In this document: positions 8,553-17,470 of the stretch, one piece after another | How the letters are laid out: the number at the start of each line of letters is the position of its first letter | How positions within the stretch are numbered: position 1 is the stretch's first letter | DNA from: a bacterium | Lineage (GTDB): Bacteria > Zhuqueibacterota > Zhuqueibacteria > Zhuqueibacterales > Zhuqueibacteraceae | Assembly (NCBI GenBank): GCA_044869275.1 | Contig: JBIOXB010000029.1 | Location: 1-32,578, forward strand | Reading direction: 5' to 3' | Length of the DNA stretch: 32,578 bases | The notes under the pieces: model-generated | What the model was told of the DNA's origin: nothing | Seen by the model: only the letters and a program-made list of their open reading frames with translations | Databases searched by the model: none | Made by a program: the position numbers and the translations under genes

Positions 8553-10727
8553 CTAATCATTGTTCACCGGCGGGATCACGTTCATCTCCTGCAACAAATA
8601 ATCCGCCCCCGCGAATTTTTGTGTTACCCAGAGCACGTAGCGAATATCCACCGCAATCGAACGGCTGTATTGGTCGCTCCAGCCATAATCATTAATCGTT
8701 GCTTCGAAAGCGCGATCGAAATTCACGCCCACCAACTCGCCGCGCGCGTTGAGCACGGGGCTGCCGGAATTGCCGCCGGTGGTATCCAAGTCATATAAAA
8801 TCGCCACCGGCACGTCATTCAGTTTGGCGTTCTTGAACGCGCCAAAATCTTGGGCTTTGTAAAGATCGATCAGGCGCGAGGGCGTATCGAATGGTTCTTC
8901 GACCGTGGTTTTTTCGATCACGCCTTTGAAGGTGGTGATCGGATGGCAATAAACCGCATCCGCGGGTTGATAGCCGCGAATCTTGCCGAAAGTCAGCCGC
9001 AGCGTGCGGTTCGCGTCGGGAATGAAATCTTTGCCCAAAAACTGGCGCTTGACTTCAATGAGTTGCGCTTGCGATTTTGTCATCGCACCGTCGCGGCGTT
9101 GGCGGGTTTGTTTGAGTTCCTGGTAGGAGGGAAGCAGCTCGCGTGCGAAGATGAGCAGCGGGTCTTTGCTTCTGGCCAGTTGTTCCGGTTTTTGCGCCAA
9201 AGCGTCGAGCACGAATTTCTCATCCTGCAGCTTCGTTTTCGCAAAAGCCTCGTTTAGGAATTTGTCAACGGCTTTTTGCACCTCCTCACCTTTGAACGAA
9301 TGGTCCACCGCCGGAATGCGCTGGCCTTGTGGCAGGCGGGAAGCGCGCAGCAGCATTTCGCGCAAAAAGGTCTTGTCTGTGGTCTCGTAGTATTCCCGCA
9401 ACCCCAATTTCAAGCCTTCCTTGGTCGCTGCAAGATTGCGCTCCATAAAGGGGGAATCGCGCTCGAGATCAGGCTTTTGCAATTCCTCTGCACCCTCGGT
9501 GACGGTCAGTGCCGTGCGCAACAGAATCGAGCTGCTGCGCAGAAGGTCGAGAATCAAGTCATGCTCGGCCTGGCTGCGAATTTCATCATACAGTTTGCCG
9601 AGTTCCGGCAGAACATTGCCGTATTGTTGCTGGCGCGTGGCATCGGCAGCGATGAATTCCTGCAGCGCTTTTTCTTCCGCCTGTTTCTTTGTGACCAAAT
9701 CCAGCCGCTGTAAACCCTGCAATTTGCCGCGAAAGTTTTTCATCACGTTGGCCAGGCTTTTGATGCGGCCCAAATGTTTCAACGCCACCGCACGGTCATT
9801 TTTGCCGATCTCTTCCATCGTACGGATTTGCCAGTCGTACAAATTCGCCACCTCGGGCAAGCGCACCTCTTGCTCATAAGCAAGATAATGCGAAGTGCGG
9901 TGCCGGAAAGTGGAGCCGGGGTAGCCGAGAATAAAGACAAAATCACCTTCATCAACACCTGCGGGTGCGATCTGCAAATGCTTGCGCGGATGGTAGGGGA
10001 TGTTGCTGGCGGAATAGTCCGCGGGCGAGCCGTCGGGCGCAACGTACGCGCGCAAAAAGGAAAAGTCGCCGGTGTGCCGCGGCCAAACCCAATTGTCGTT
10101 TTCCCCGCCGAATTCGCCGATGCCGCGCGGGGGCACATAGACCAGGCGGACATCCTTGATAAATGTGTAAATGAATAATACGTAAGTTTTGCCGATAAAC
10201 ATTTCGGAGACCTCTGCGCGCTTGCCGGGATTCTCCTTTTCCACCTGGGCCACGATTTCCTTTGTTTTCTTTTGAATGGCCTTGGTGCGTTCGGCAAGAT
10301 CCATTTTGTCGCTTAATACGCCGAGCACTTCTGGCGAAACGTCGCGATAGGAATCCGTGATGCGTACGGTGTAGCCATTGGCCGGAATCTCTTCGCTGCG
10401 CTGGGGCGCGAGGAAGCCGTCTTTGATGTAGTCGAGCGCGGCGGTGCTGGCGGCGCGTGCCGCGCCGTAGGCGCAATGATGATTCGTCAGAATCAATCCC
10501 TCCGGCGAAACGAAAGAACCCGTACAACCGCCCACGTTGACGATCGCATCGATCAAGCTCACGCCCTGCGGATTATAAACCTCTTTCGGATCGATTTGCA
10601 GCCCTTGGGCTTGAAGATTCAGCTTGTGAATTTCGCTGATGGGCCACATGCCTTCGTCGGGCGGGGCTGCGCCCAGCAAGAAAATTGCGAAAGACGTGAT
10701 GATGAAATTATGGAAAGTGTATTTCAT
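8553..10727 (-). CDS. S46 family dipeptidyl peptidase, DPP11-like
   Basis: Signal peptide then DEGMW; GGCTGSFVS..GLILTNHHC; DNW.WPRHTGDFS; PDAN.TLRLTFG; TTGGNSGSP...NFDR. Confidence 0.95.
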   Translation of the reverse strand: MKYTFHNFIITSFAIFLLGAAPPDEGMWPISEIHKLNLQAQGLQIDPKEVYNPQGVSLIDAIVNVGGCTGSFVSPEGLILTNHHCAYGAARAASTAALDYIKDGFLAPQRSEEIPANGYTVRITDSYRDVSPEVLGVLSDKMDLAERTKAIQKKTKEIVAQVEKENPGKRAEVSEMFIGKTYVLFIYTFIKDVRLVYVPPRGIGEFGGENDNWVWPRHTGDFSFLRAYVAPDGSPADYSASNIPYHPRKHLQIAPAGVDEGDFVFILGYPGSTFRHRTSHYLAYEQEVRLPEVANLYDWQIRTMEEIGKNDRAVALKHLGRIKSLANVMKNFRGKLQGLQRLDLVTKKQAEEKALQEFIAADATRQQQYGNVLPELGKLYDEIRSQAEHDLILDLLRSSSILLRTALTVTEGAEELQKPDLERDSPFMERNLAATKEGLKLGLREYYETTDKTFLREMLLRASRLPQGQRIPAVDHSFKGEEVQKAVDKFLNEAFAKTKLQDEKFVLDALAQKPEQLARSKDPLLIFARELLPSYQELKQTRQRRDGAMTKSQAQLIEVKRQFLGKDFIPDANRTLRLTFGKIRGYQPADAVYCHPITTFKGVIEKTTVEEPFDTPSRLIDLYKAQDFGAFKNAKLNDVPVAILYDLDTTGGNSGSPVLNARGELVGVNFDRAFEATINDYGWSDQYSRSIAVDIRYVLWVTQKFAGADYLLQEMNVIPPVNND

Positions 10728-10750
10728 GACTGATCTCCGTTTTAATGATT

Positions 10751-10838
10751 GATTTACGATTGAAGATTTGCGATTTTCGATTTACGAACGATTTGTCAAC
10801 ATCTGAACTCGCAAATCGGCGATCGCAATTCGTCAATC
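10751..10838. repeat. Head-to-head 7-bp tandem repeat palindrome (GATTTNC type)
   Basis: gatttac gattgaa gatttgc gattttc gatttac ... then complementary aatcggc gatcgca attcgtc aatc. Confidence 0.7.
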
Positions 10839-10895
10839 ATTTCACTCCTCCCTCTTTTCATAGAACTTTTGACACTACCGGCGGAGCAACAAAAA

Positions 10896-11202
10896 TCAAA
10901 GAATTTGCCCGGGCTTGCGGTATTGCGAGAATGACGAAACCTTGTTAAGCTGCGCCTGCAAATGTTGTTGCAAGGTCGGCGTTTTCACGGTCGCCATGGT
11001 GCGAGGATTTCGCCCAGTTTGTTTTTTGCTCATAATGGATCAGCGCTTCAATGCTATTGCTTTCGAAAACCAATTCTTCGTCATATTGGAAAGGCGCAAT
11101 TGTCGGGAAGCCTCCTGCACCTGTGCCCCGCCACGTTCCTAGGAATGGCGAAAGCTCTTCCATCAGAGCAGAAAAATCGTTTGCTGAGGGCGAGGGGTTC
11201 AT
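10896..11202 (-). pseudogene. Nitrobindin (THAP4-like/DUF1794) pseudogene with internal deletion and frameshift
   Basis: The N-terminal part FLGTWRGTGAGGFPTIAPFQYDEELVF...YEQKT is in one frame. A second frame (10997-10896) gives MATVKTPTLQQHLQAQLNKV, resembling the family C-terminus with the heme-ligand His. The middle of the protein is absent. Confidence 0.75.
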
Positions 11203-11218
11203 GGAACTCTTCCGAAAT

Positions 11219-11803
11219 TTACTTCGCGATCCTTGCTTCTTCGCGGCTCACTTTTTTTTCTTGATAAATTTTTTCAATGAAGTTGTAACTCTGAATGATA
11301 AACCACGCGCACATCAATCCCAGCAGCGCGCCGGCGAGAACGTCCGACGGATAATGTACGCCCAAATAAATGCGCGAAAAGCCGGAGAGAAACGCCAGGG
11401 TATAAGCGGTCCATTTCCAACCGGAAAAATAATGCGTCAACAAAGCCGCCGCGGCAAAGGAATTGGTGGCGTGTGAAGAAGGAAAAGAATACGAGGTATT
11501 CAAACCCGTGAGCATATTCACGTCCGTGAGCGCGACGCACGGCCGCACGCGTTGGAAAAAGGGCTTCAGCACATGTGAGGAAAGTTGATCGCTGAGCAAA
11601 ATCACGAAGATGATCAAAATGGCCGCGATGCGGCCGTTTTTCCCGCCCTTCCACCACAGCCAAATGTAAACGCCCAGGAACAGTGGGAACCATTTTCGCC
11701 CGTCGGTGATGATCGGCATGAGCCAGTCGAAAAAAGGATTTTGCAAATTGTGGTTAACAAAATAGAAAATAGCTACATCGATGGGGTAGAGGAATTCTTG
11801 CAT
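11219..11803 (-). CDS. PAP2 family membrane phosphatase
   Basis: Motifs K...RVRP, SFPSSH and SRIYLGVHYPSDV, with TM segments. Confidence 0.93.
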   Translation of the reverse strand: MQEFLYPIDVAIFYFVNHNLQNPFFDWLMPIITDGRKWFPLFLGVYIWLWWKGGKNGRIAAILIIFVILLSDQLSSHVLKPFFQRVRPCVALTDVNMLTGLNTSYSFPSSHATNSFAAAALLTHYFSGWKWTAYTLAFLSGFSRIYLGVHYPSDVLAGALLGLMCAWFIIQSYNFIEKIYQEKKVSREEARIAK

Positions 11804-11840
11804 GATAACTATTGTGCGAATGGTTTATTAAGGCATTCTG

Positions 11841-11902
11841 GCCGTGAAACCCACGACAAACGCAAAAAGTATCGCTTCGCGTGTTTCGTGTGTTCTGCGG
11901 GC
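11841..11902. repeat. 9-bp-period imperfect inverted repeat
   Basis: gccgtgaaa cccacgaca aacgcaaaa ... ttcgcgtgt ttcgtgtgt tctgcgggc. Confidence 0.5.
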
Positions 11903-11940
11903 AATCTTTGCGGCTTCATCAATCTTCGGCTGGTGCACCG

Positions 11941-12735
11941 TCAGAAGCCGAGCCCCAGACTGAAAACAAAGCCAAACCCGTCCAAATCAACTTCTTGATT
12001 GAACGGCAGGAGCAGTGTGTTTTCGCCTTTCTGCCGTTCGACCGTGGCATTTTGATAAATCACGGAGAGGGTGGAAGTGACATCGCTCACCGTAGTGATG
12101 TACATGCCGATCTCGCCGCCCCACCCCCAGCCTTCATAGCGCCGTTCATCACTGGCAGTAATCGTCACTGGTGTTCCCGGATTCGACGGATCGGCAATTG
12201 CATTAGAAAACTTCTCATCGCTCCAGAGAAAAGTGTAAATGGCCTTGGGGCGGAGTAGAATCCCAACGTCTTTCAAGCCGGAAACGCTTTTCACGCTGGT
12301 GCGCGATAACCAGCCCACCAGCGGAAAATTGGGCAGATTCAATTCCATAAAAGAAACCTTGAGCGAGAGTTCCAACGTAACCGGCACGAGCGTGCGCGAA
12401 AAATCGATCACCGCAGCCGGAATGATATTGGGATCAGCGGATGCGTTGGCGCTGCGGACGGCAGATAGCCGTTGGTAGTCGCGGTGTGAAAATCCGCCGC
12501 CCGCTCCCAGTTCCCATTTCAAGGCGCCGGTTTGGGTCACCGGTTTGAGCAGTTTACCGGCGAGGTAAATTCCGCCCGCACTCTCGGCGGGATAGATCGC
12601 GCCGAAGATGAAATCGAAAGAGGCGAACGGTTCTTGTGCACGAGCTGGAATTGCCGGAATTGCTTGCAGCAAAAAGATAGATGCGAGTATGAGGCGGCGC
12701 CATCTTTGCGTGCCCTGCAATGGAGTTTCCTTCAT
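11941..12735 (-). CDS. Hypothetical exported protein, probable outer-membrane beta-barrel
   Basis: Signal peptide ending ARA-Q, amphipathic Gly/aromatic strands, and C-terminal FGFVFSLGLGF ending in Phe. Confidence 0.7.
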   Translation of the reverse strand: MKETPLQGTQRWRRLILASIFLLQAIPAIPARAQEPFASFDFIFGAIYPAESAGGIYLAGKLLKPVTQTGALKWELGAGGGFSHRDYQRLSAVRSANASADPNIIPAAVIDFSRTLVPVTLELSLKVSFMELNLPNFPLVGWLSRTSVKSVSGLKDVGILLRPKAIYTFLWSDEKFSNAIADPSNPGTPVTITASDERRYEGWGWGGEIGMYITTVSDVTSTLSVIYQNATVERQKGENTLLLPFNQEVDLDGFGFVFSLGLGF

Positions 12736-12762
12736 TCCCTCTCCGGCAGTAGTATGAATAAG

Positions 12763-14265
12763 CTACTCCGCCACGTTCTGTTCAAGGCGGGCGGCTTTGA
12801 CCATCTCGCGGACTTCGCTGAACAATGTCGGCGCATGGTAGGGGATGCCGTCTTTGATCGTCCATTCTATCCCGCCACGGCCTTTGCGCTGCTCATCGAG
12901 CGTAGGGTCGATGCCGGTAGGAAAGAGCACATGCAGGTTTTCCAGCGGATTGCCGTTGACGACGATCACATCCGCAAGATAGCCTGCTTTGAGACGCCCC
13001 AGTTCGTGCGCCTGTCCCAAGACTTTCGCGCCGTTGCCGGTGGCGTGCTGAATCACCTCGAGCGGATGAAAGCCCGCTTCTTCATGCAACTCTAATTCGC
13101 GCAAATAGCCAAAGCCGTACATTTGATAGATGAAACCCGCATCTTCGCCCGCCGTGATCACGCCACCGCGGGCGGCAAAATCGCGCAATGCTTTCATCCA
13201 TAGGCGATAATTCTCTTTCCAGAAAACCTCATCCGTGTTGGTCCAGCCGAAGAAGAACGAGCCATGGTATTCGGGGTTGGGCCGGAAGAAAGCCTGCAAA
13301 GAGGGATGCAAATACTCTTTGAACCATGGTTGCGTAAGGGCGCGCTGCAAATCGCGCGAAGCTTCGTAGATGCACAAGGTTGGGTTCCACGCCACACCGG
13401 CCTCTACCAGCGCGAGCAAGACCTTTTGCAGTTTTTCAGGATTGGCTTCGCGCCACAAACGCCCGGCATAGCGGAAGCGATGCAGCTCGTTGTTGTAGTT
13501 GAAATCCGGCGGAAAATTCTGCACGCCGTCGAGTGCGGCCTCGGGCACGCCGTACCAATGCTCGATGGTCGTTGTGCCGCCGTTGATGTCGTCCCATGCG
13601 TTCGCATCCTCCACGCCGACGTGATGCGCGATTTTCAAGCCGAGCTTTTTGGCCTCCTCGGCAACGATGCGGAACGTCGCGCGATCCATTTGATGGCACT
13701 TGAGCCCGTCCGCGCCTCTGGCCTTGAGCTCGCGCACTTTGTTGCGGATTTCGATTTCATCATTTCCACCGGGGCACCACATGTACAGCCACAGGCGTGG
13801 CGCGGCGATTTCACCGGCGGCGCTTTTGCGTTTTTCCGCGAGCGCCTTGTCATAATCGCTGCCCACGTCGCGAACCGTGGTGATCCCCGCGCCCAGCCAC
13901 AACTTATATTGATACTCGAACGGCATGACTCTGCCCGCGCGCTCGTCCTGCAAATGGCCGTGCATGTTGATGAATCCCGGCAGCACGTATTTATCGGTGC
14001 CGTCGATGATGGCTTCGAAGTTGGCGTATTCGGCGGCGGGCTTGGCGCGGGTAATTTTCAAAATGCGATTTTTTTTGATGATGATATCGACCGGGCCTTC
14101 GGCGGGCGTCGCATTGCCTTCGACCATGAGGGCATTGGTGATGACGAGATTCTCAACGCGCTTGCCGTGCTGCGGAGCTTTGTTTTGCGCCTGTGAGGTG
14201 AGGCAGCAGGGAAGGAGAGAAAACATCGAAACAGCAAAGGGCAGTGAAGCAAAACGAATGAGCAT
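12763..14265 (-). CDS. Amidohydrolase family protein (exported)
   Basis: LPGFINMHGH metal motif, GITTVRD, AHH, IEHW, GEDAG, ATGNGA..LG...G.L..G..AD.IVVNGNPL. Confidence 0.9.
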   Translation of the reverse strand: MLIRFASLPFAVSMFSLLPCCLTSQAQNKAPQHGKRVENLVITNALMVEGNATPAEGPVDIIIKKNRILKITRAKPAAEYANFEAIIDGTDKYVLPGFINMHGHLQDERAGRVMPFEYQYKLWLGAGITTVRDVGSDYDKALAEKRKSAAGEIAAPRLWLYMWCPGGNDEIEIRNKVRELKARGADGLKCHQMDRATFRIVAEEAKKLGLKIAHHVGVEDANAWDDINGGTTTIEHWYGVPEAALDGVQNFPPDFNYNNELHRFRYAGRLWREANPEKLQKVLLALVEAGVAWNPTLCIYEASRDLQRALTQPWFKEYLHPSLQAFFRPNPEYHGSFFFGWTNTDEVFWKENYRLWMKALRDFAARGGVITAGEDAGFIYQMYGFGYLRELELHEEAGFHPLEVIQHATGNGAKVLGQAHELGRLKAGYLADVIVVNGNPLENLHVLFPTGIDPTLDEQRKGRGGIEWTIKDGIPYHAPTLFSEVREMVKAARLEQNVAE

Positions 14266-14380
14266 GAAGATTCTCCCGCGCGAATAGAATGGTTCGTTTT
14301 GAACGCTGCAAGTGTAAGAAAAAAATCATCGAGTTACAACGGCGATTTTTGGCGGGAATTTATCCCCTTGCTCCAGCGGC

Positions 14381-14426
14381 AAAAAAAGAAACCGCCATCC
14401 CGCTCTCTGAAAGCGGAATGGCGGTT
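14381..14426 (-). terminator. Rho-independent terminator of hsp20
   Basis: Stem aaccgccatcccgct/agcggaatggcggtt with an A run at 14381-14387, which is the U tail on the - strand. Confidence 0.85.
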
Positions 14427-14452
14427 GTTGCACCCGGTCATGTTGTGACCGA

Positions 14453-14905
14453 TCAACTGATCTTGATGGGAATCTCCTTGGGTTTCGCCTCTTCGACCTT
14501 GGGCAGGCGGAGCTGCAGCACTCCGTCTTTGAACTTGGCCTCGATCTTGCCCACGTCGATGCGCGTCGGCAGGCGGAAAGAGCGCTCGAACTGCCCGTAG
14601 CTGCGTTCGACGCGATGATAGTTTTTGCCCTTCTCTTCCTTCTCTTGTTTCTTTTCGCCTCTGAGGGTGATCACGCCATCTTCGTAGCTGATCTTGACGT
14701 CGTCTTTGGTCAGCCCGGGCAGATCGGCGGTGACCAGAAAATCTTCCTCGGATTCGCCGATATCCACGGACGGTTCCCACGCGCTGCGGCGATAGGATGT
14801 TTCAAGCGGATCGCGACCGAAAAAGTGATCGAACACGCGATTCACCTCGTTTTGGAAGCCCAAAAGCTCCCGCGCAGGACTCCAACGAACGATTGACATA
14901 GCCAT
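14453..14905 (-). CDS. Hsp20/alpha-crystallin small heat-shock protein
   Basis: W.PSVDI.E, ADLPG, ERSYGQFERSF.LP, A.FKDGVL.L.LPK; GGAGG RBS. Confidence 0.96.
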   Translation of the reverse strand: MAMSIVRWSPARELLGFQNEVNRVFDHFFGRDPLETSYRRSAWEPSVDIGESEEDFLVTADLPGLTKDDVKISYEDGVITLRGEKKQEKEEKGKNYHRVERSYGQFERSFRLPTRIDVGKIEAKFKDGVLQLRLPKVEEAKPKEIPIKIS

Positions 14906-14969
14906 ACACCTCCAATTCAGGTTTATGTTGCTTCGACCAGTTCGTCATTGGACAACCGCAAATGGAGGT

Positions 14970-14985
14970 TGCAACCTCGATGCCA
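14970..14985 (-). promoter_or_regulatory. Sigma54 -24/-12 promoter of hsp20
   Basis: The minus strand reads TGGCATCGAGGTTGCA, with GG-N10-GC spacing, about 65 bp upstream of the start codon. Confidence 0.7.
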
Positions 14986-15182
14986 GGTTTTTGAAATCCA
15001 TAAGTCAAAAATTTTCAAAGCGATTTTTTTTGTTCCCGCTTTTGTCGGTTGCGAAAGTATGAAATTTTGACTATCTAACGGTGACAATTTGAAGGAAACG
15101 TCGTGACAGGATTGCATGACTGGGTGCTATTCAGCTATTGTTTTTGTCAGCGGATTGAGCGGATAACGGGAGAAGAAATACT

Positions 15183-15656
15183 ATGTCTGAAAAAAAACTG
15201 AGCCACCTCAGCCCGAGCGGACAAGCCACGATGGTTGACGTCGGAGAAAAGATTGTCACACGCCGTGAAGCGATGGCGCAGGGGAAGATTTTCATGCAGG
15301 CGGAAACGCTGGCCTTGCTCAGCAGGAATGAGCTGCCCAAGGGCCATGCCATCGAGATCGCTCGAGTGGCAGGAATCTTGGCGGCCAAGCGCACTGGCGA
15401 GTTGATTCCGCTTTGCCATTCCCTGGGACTGGAGTTCGTCGACATACAGATCCAGCCTGCTGCCGATCATTTGGATATCGCAGCGGTCGTGCGTTGCAGC
15501 GGCAAAACCGGAGTGGAGATGGAAGCGCTCACCGCCGTCAGCGTTGCCGCCTTGACGCTCTACGATATGTGCAAGGCCGTCGATAAAGGCATGAGCATCG
15601 GTGAAATTCGCTTGGTGAAAAAGACGGGCGGCAAGAGCGGGGATATTTTCGCTTGA
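15183..15656 (+). CDS. moaC: Cyclic pyranopterin monophosphate synthase MoaC
   Basis: LSHL...MVDVGEK, ARVAGILAAKRT.ELIPLCH, TGVEMEALTAVSVAALTLYDMCKAVD, KTGGKSG. Confidence 0.97.
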   Translation: MSEKKLSHLSPSGQATMVDVGEKIVTRREAMAQGKIFMQAETLALLSRNELPKGHAIEIARVAGILAAKRTGELIPLCHSLGLEFVDIQIQPAADHLDIAAVVRCSGKTGVEMEALTAVSVAALTLYDMCKAVDKGMSIGEIRLVKKTGGKSGDIFA

Positions 15657-15681
15657 CTCTCTGCACATTTTTTTATATTCT
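15653..15681 (+). promoter_or_regulatory. Putative sigma70 promoter for the nuo cluster
   Basis: TTGACT-N17-TATTCT overlapping the moaC stop codon. Confidence 0.5.
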
Positions 15682-15752
15682 ATTCGCACTTTTGCGGAGT
15701 GTTTCCGCATCGTACGGCAGCTTTTGCATCTGCGAGCGAGGGAAGGAGAAAC

Positions 15753-16214
15753 ATGCTCTTCGATTTCAGCGTTGCGTTGACCTTTTTTCTCATCGGCGCC
15801 GCCTTTGCCGGCGTCAACCTGCTCATCTCCCGTCTGTTGCAACCCCGCCATCTCACCGCCGGCAAACTCGACACCTATGAATGCGGCGAACAGCCCATCG
15901 GACAGTCCTGGATTCAATTCAACAACCGCTTTTACGTCATTGCCCTCATCTTTTTGATTTTCGACGTCGAGGTCGCCTTCCTGTTTCCATGGGCGGTGGT
16001 GTTCAAGAATCTCGGGCTTTTCGCGTTCGTGGAGATGGTCGTCTTCGTGGTGATTTTGCTCGTCGGTCTGGCGTATGTCTGGCGCAAGGGCGATCTGCAA
16101 TGGGACAAGCCCGAAACCGGTAAATATGCGCGCGAGGCGGCGCCGGAATTTTATGATGAATCCCCCGCTCCGGCTGTCACCCATCAAGAAGAGCTGGTCA
16201 GTGAACCGGTGTAA
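15753..16214 (+). CDS. nuoA: NADH-quinone oxidoreductase subunit A
   Basis: YECGE.P.G and FYVIALIFLIFDVEVAFLFPWAVV; AGGAG RBS before ATG 15753. Confidence 0.95.
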   Translation: MLFDFSVALTFFLIGAAFAGVNLLISRLLQPRHLTAGKLDTYECGEQPIGQSWIQFNNRFYVIALIFLIFDVEVAFLFPWAVVFKNLGLFAFVEMVVFVVILLVGLAYVWRKGDLQWDKPETGKYAREAAPEFYDESPAPAVTHQEELVSEPV

Positions 16215-16312
16215 CGCTACATTTATGTTGCACGGGTTACTTTTTGAGCATAAATGTTGAGTTCTGGCATTTATGTCAGATGCGTTTTTGCTCAACATAA
16301 ATGTTGAGTTAC
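16211..16312. repeat. REP doublet (REPIN-like) element starting GTAA
   Basis: GTAACGCTACATTTATGTTGCAC (+, 16211-16233) and GTAACTCAACATTTATGTTGAGC (-, 16290-16312) are 19/23 identical. Two degenerate CAT-WW-ATG copies lie between them. Confidence 0.7.
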
Positions 16313-16339
16313 GGTGCAGTGCTCTCAGGAGAATTGTTC

Positions 16340-17389
16340 ATGCAAGAGCTTGTGCGCAGCCTGCAAAGCCTTTCTTTATTCTCCAATTTTTCTCCCACTC
16401 TCTTAAGCGTTCTCGTCATGATTGCCGGCGGCGTGCTGATCGCGGTAGTGCTGGCGATCAATGCGCTGATTTTGGTATATCTCGAGCGCAAAGTTTCGGC
16501 GTGGATGCAGGATCGCCTCGGCCCCATGGAAGTCGGGCCGCAAGGCTTGCTGCAGACGCTGGCGGACGCGATCAAGCTGCTGCAGAAGGAAGACATCGTC
16601 CCACGTGCGGCCGATAAGCCGCTGCATTTGATGGCGCCGCTGCTCGCCTTTGCCGCGCCGTGCGCCGCCTACGCCGCGTTTCCGTATGCGCGCAACCTCG
16701 TCTTTGCCGATTTCAACATCGGCGTTTTCTTTGTCGCCGCGATTACTTCACTCACCGTCATTGCGATTCTGCTCGCGGGCTGGGCTTCCAACAATAAATG
16801 GTCCCTGCTCGGCGGCATGCGCGCCGCGGCGCAAATTGTGAGTTATGAAATTCCGGCGGCGCTGGCGATGCTCGTGGTCATCATGCAGGTCGGCTCGTTG
16901 AGTTTTCAAGACATCAGCCTGGCGCAGGACGGCGGCATTCACAAATGGCTCATCTGGCAATACTTTCCTTTTAACTTGATCGCTTTTATGATTCTGTTCA
17001 TCGCCACGCTGGCGGAATGCAACCGTACGCCATTTGATCTTCCCGAAGCCGAATCGGAGCTGGTCGCGGGCTTTCACACCGAATACAGCGGTTTCAAATG
17101 GTCGATCTTCATGCTCACCGAATACGGGGAAATGCTGATCGTGTCGATTTTGGGCGCCGCGCTGTTTCTCGGCAGTTGGTCCAGCCCCTTCGGGGGATTT
17201 CTCAATGGCGGCGCCTGGGGCATATTCTGGCTGCTGTCAAAGGCCTTTGGATTGGTCCTTTTGCAGATGTGGTTGCGCTGGACTTTGCCGCGCTTGCGCG
17301 TCGATCAGCTCATGTATCTTTCATGGAAAGTGCTCACGCCGTTTGCGTTTGCATGTATTTTCGCCGTCGGTTTGTGGATGTTGATTTAA
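16340..17389 (+). CDS. nuoH: NADH-quinone oxidoreductase subunit H
   Basis: ERKVSAWMQDRLGP, GLLQTLADAIKLLQKE, AQIVSYE, NRTPFDLPEAESELVAGFHTEYSG, PRLRVDQLM. Confidence 0.96.
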   Translation: MQELVRSLQSLSLFSNFSPTLLSVLVMIAGGVLIAVVLAINALILVYLERKVSAWMQDRLGPMEVGPQGLLQTLADAIKLLQKEDIVPRAADKPLHLMAPLLAFAAPCAAYAAFPYARNLVFADFNIGVFFVAAITSLTVIAILLAGWASNNKWSLLGGMRAAAQIVSYEIPAALAMLVVIMQVGSLSFQDISLAQDGGIHKWLIWQYFPFNLIAFMILFIATLAECNRTPFDLPEAESELVAGFHTEYSGFKWSIFMLTEYGEMLIVSILGAALFLGSWSSPFGGFLNGGAWGIFWLLSKAFGLVLLQMWLRWTLPRLRVDQLMYLSWKVLTPFAFACIFAVGLWMLI

Positions 17390-17391
17390 GG

Positions 17392-17445
17392 CATAGCGCT
17401 TGGCGCATGGCGCACAGTGGTCGCTCTGCTGCACGTGCTCTGCGA
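17392..17445. repeat. Short 7-bp repeat element of the same family as 6869-7037
   Basis: gcatagc gcttggc gcatggc gcacagt, then degenerate complementary gctctgc units. Confidence 0.55.
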
Positions 17446-17470
17446 GGATTTTCATGCAAAGGGACAATCG

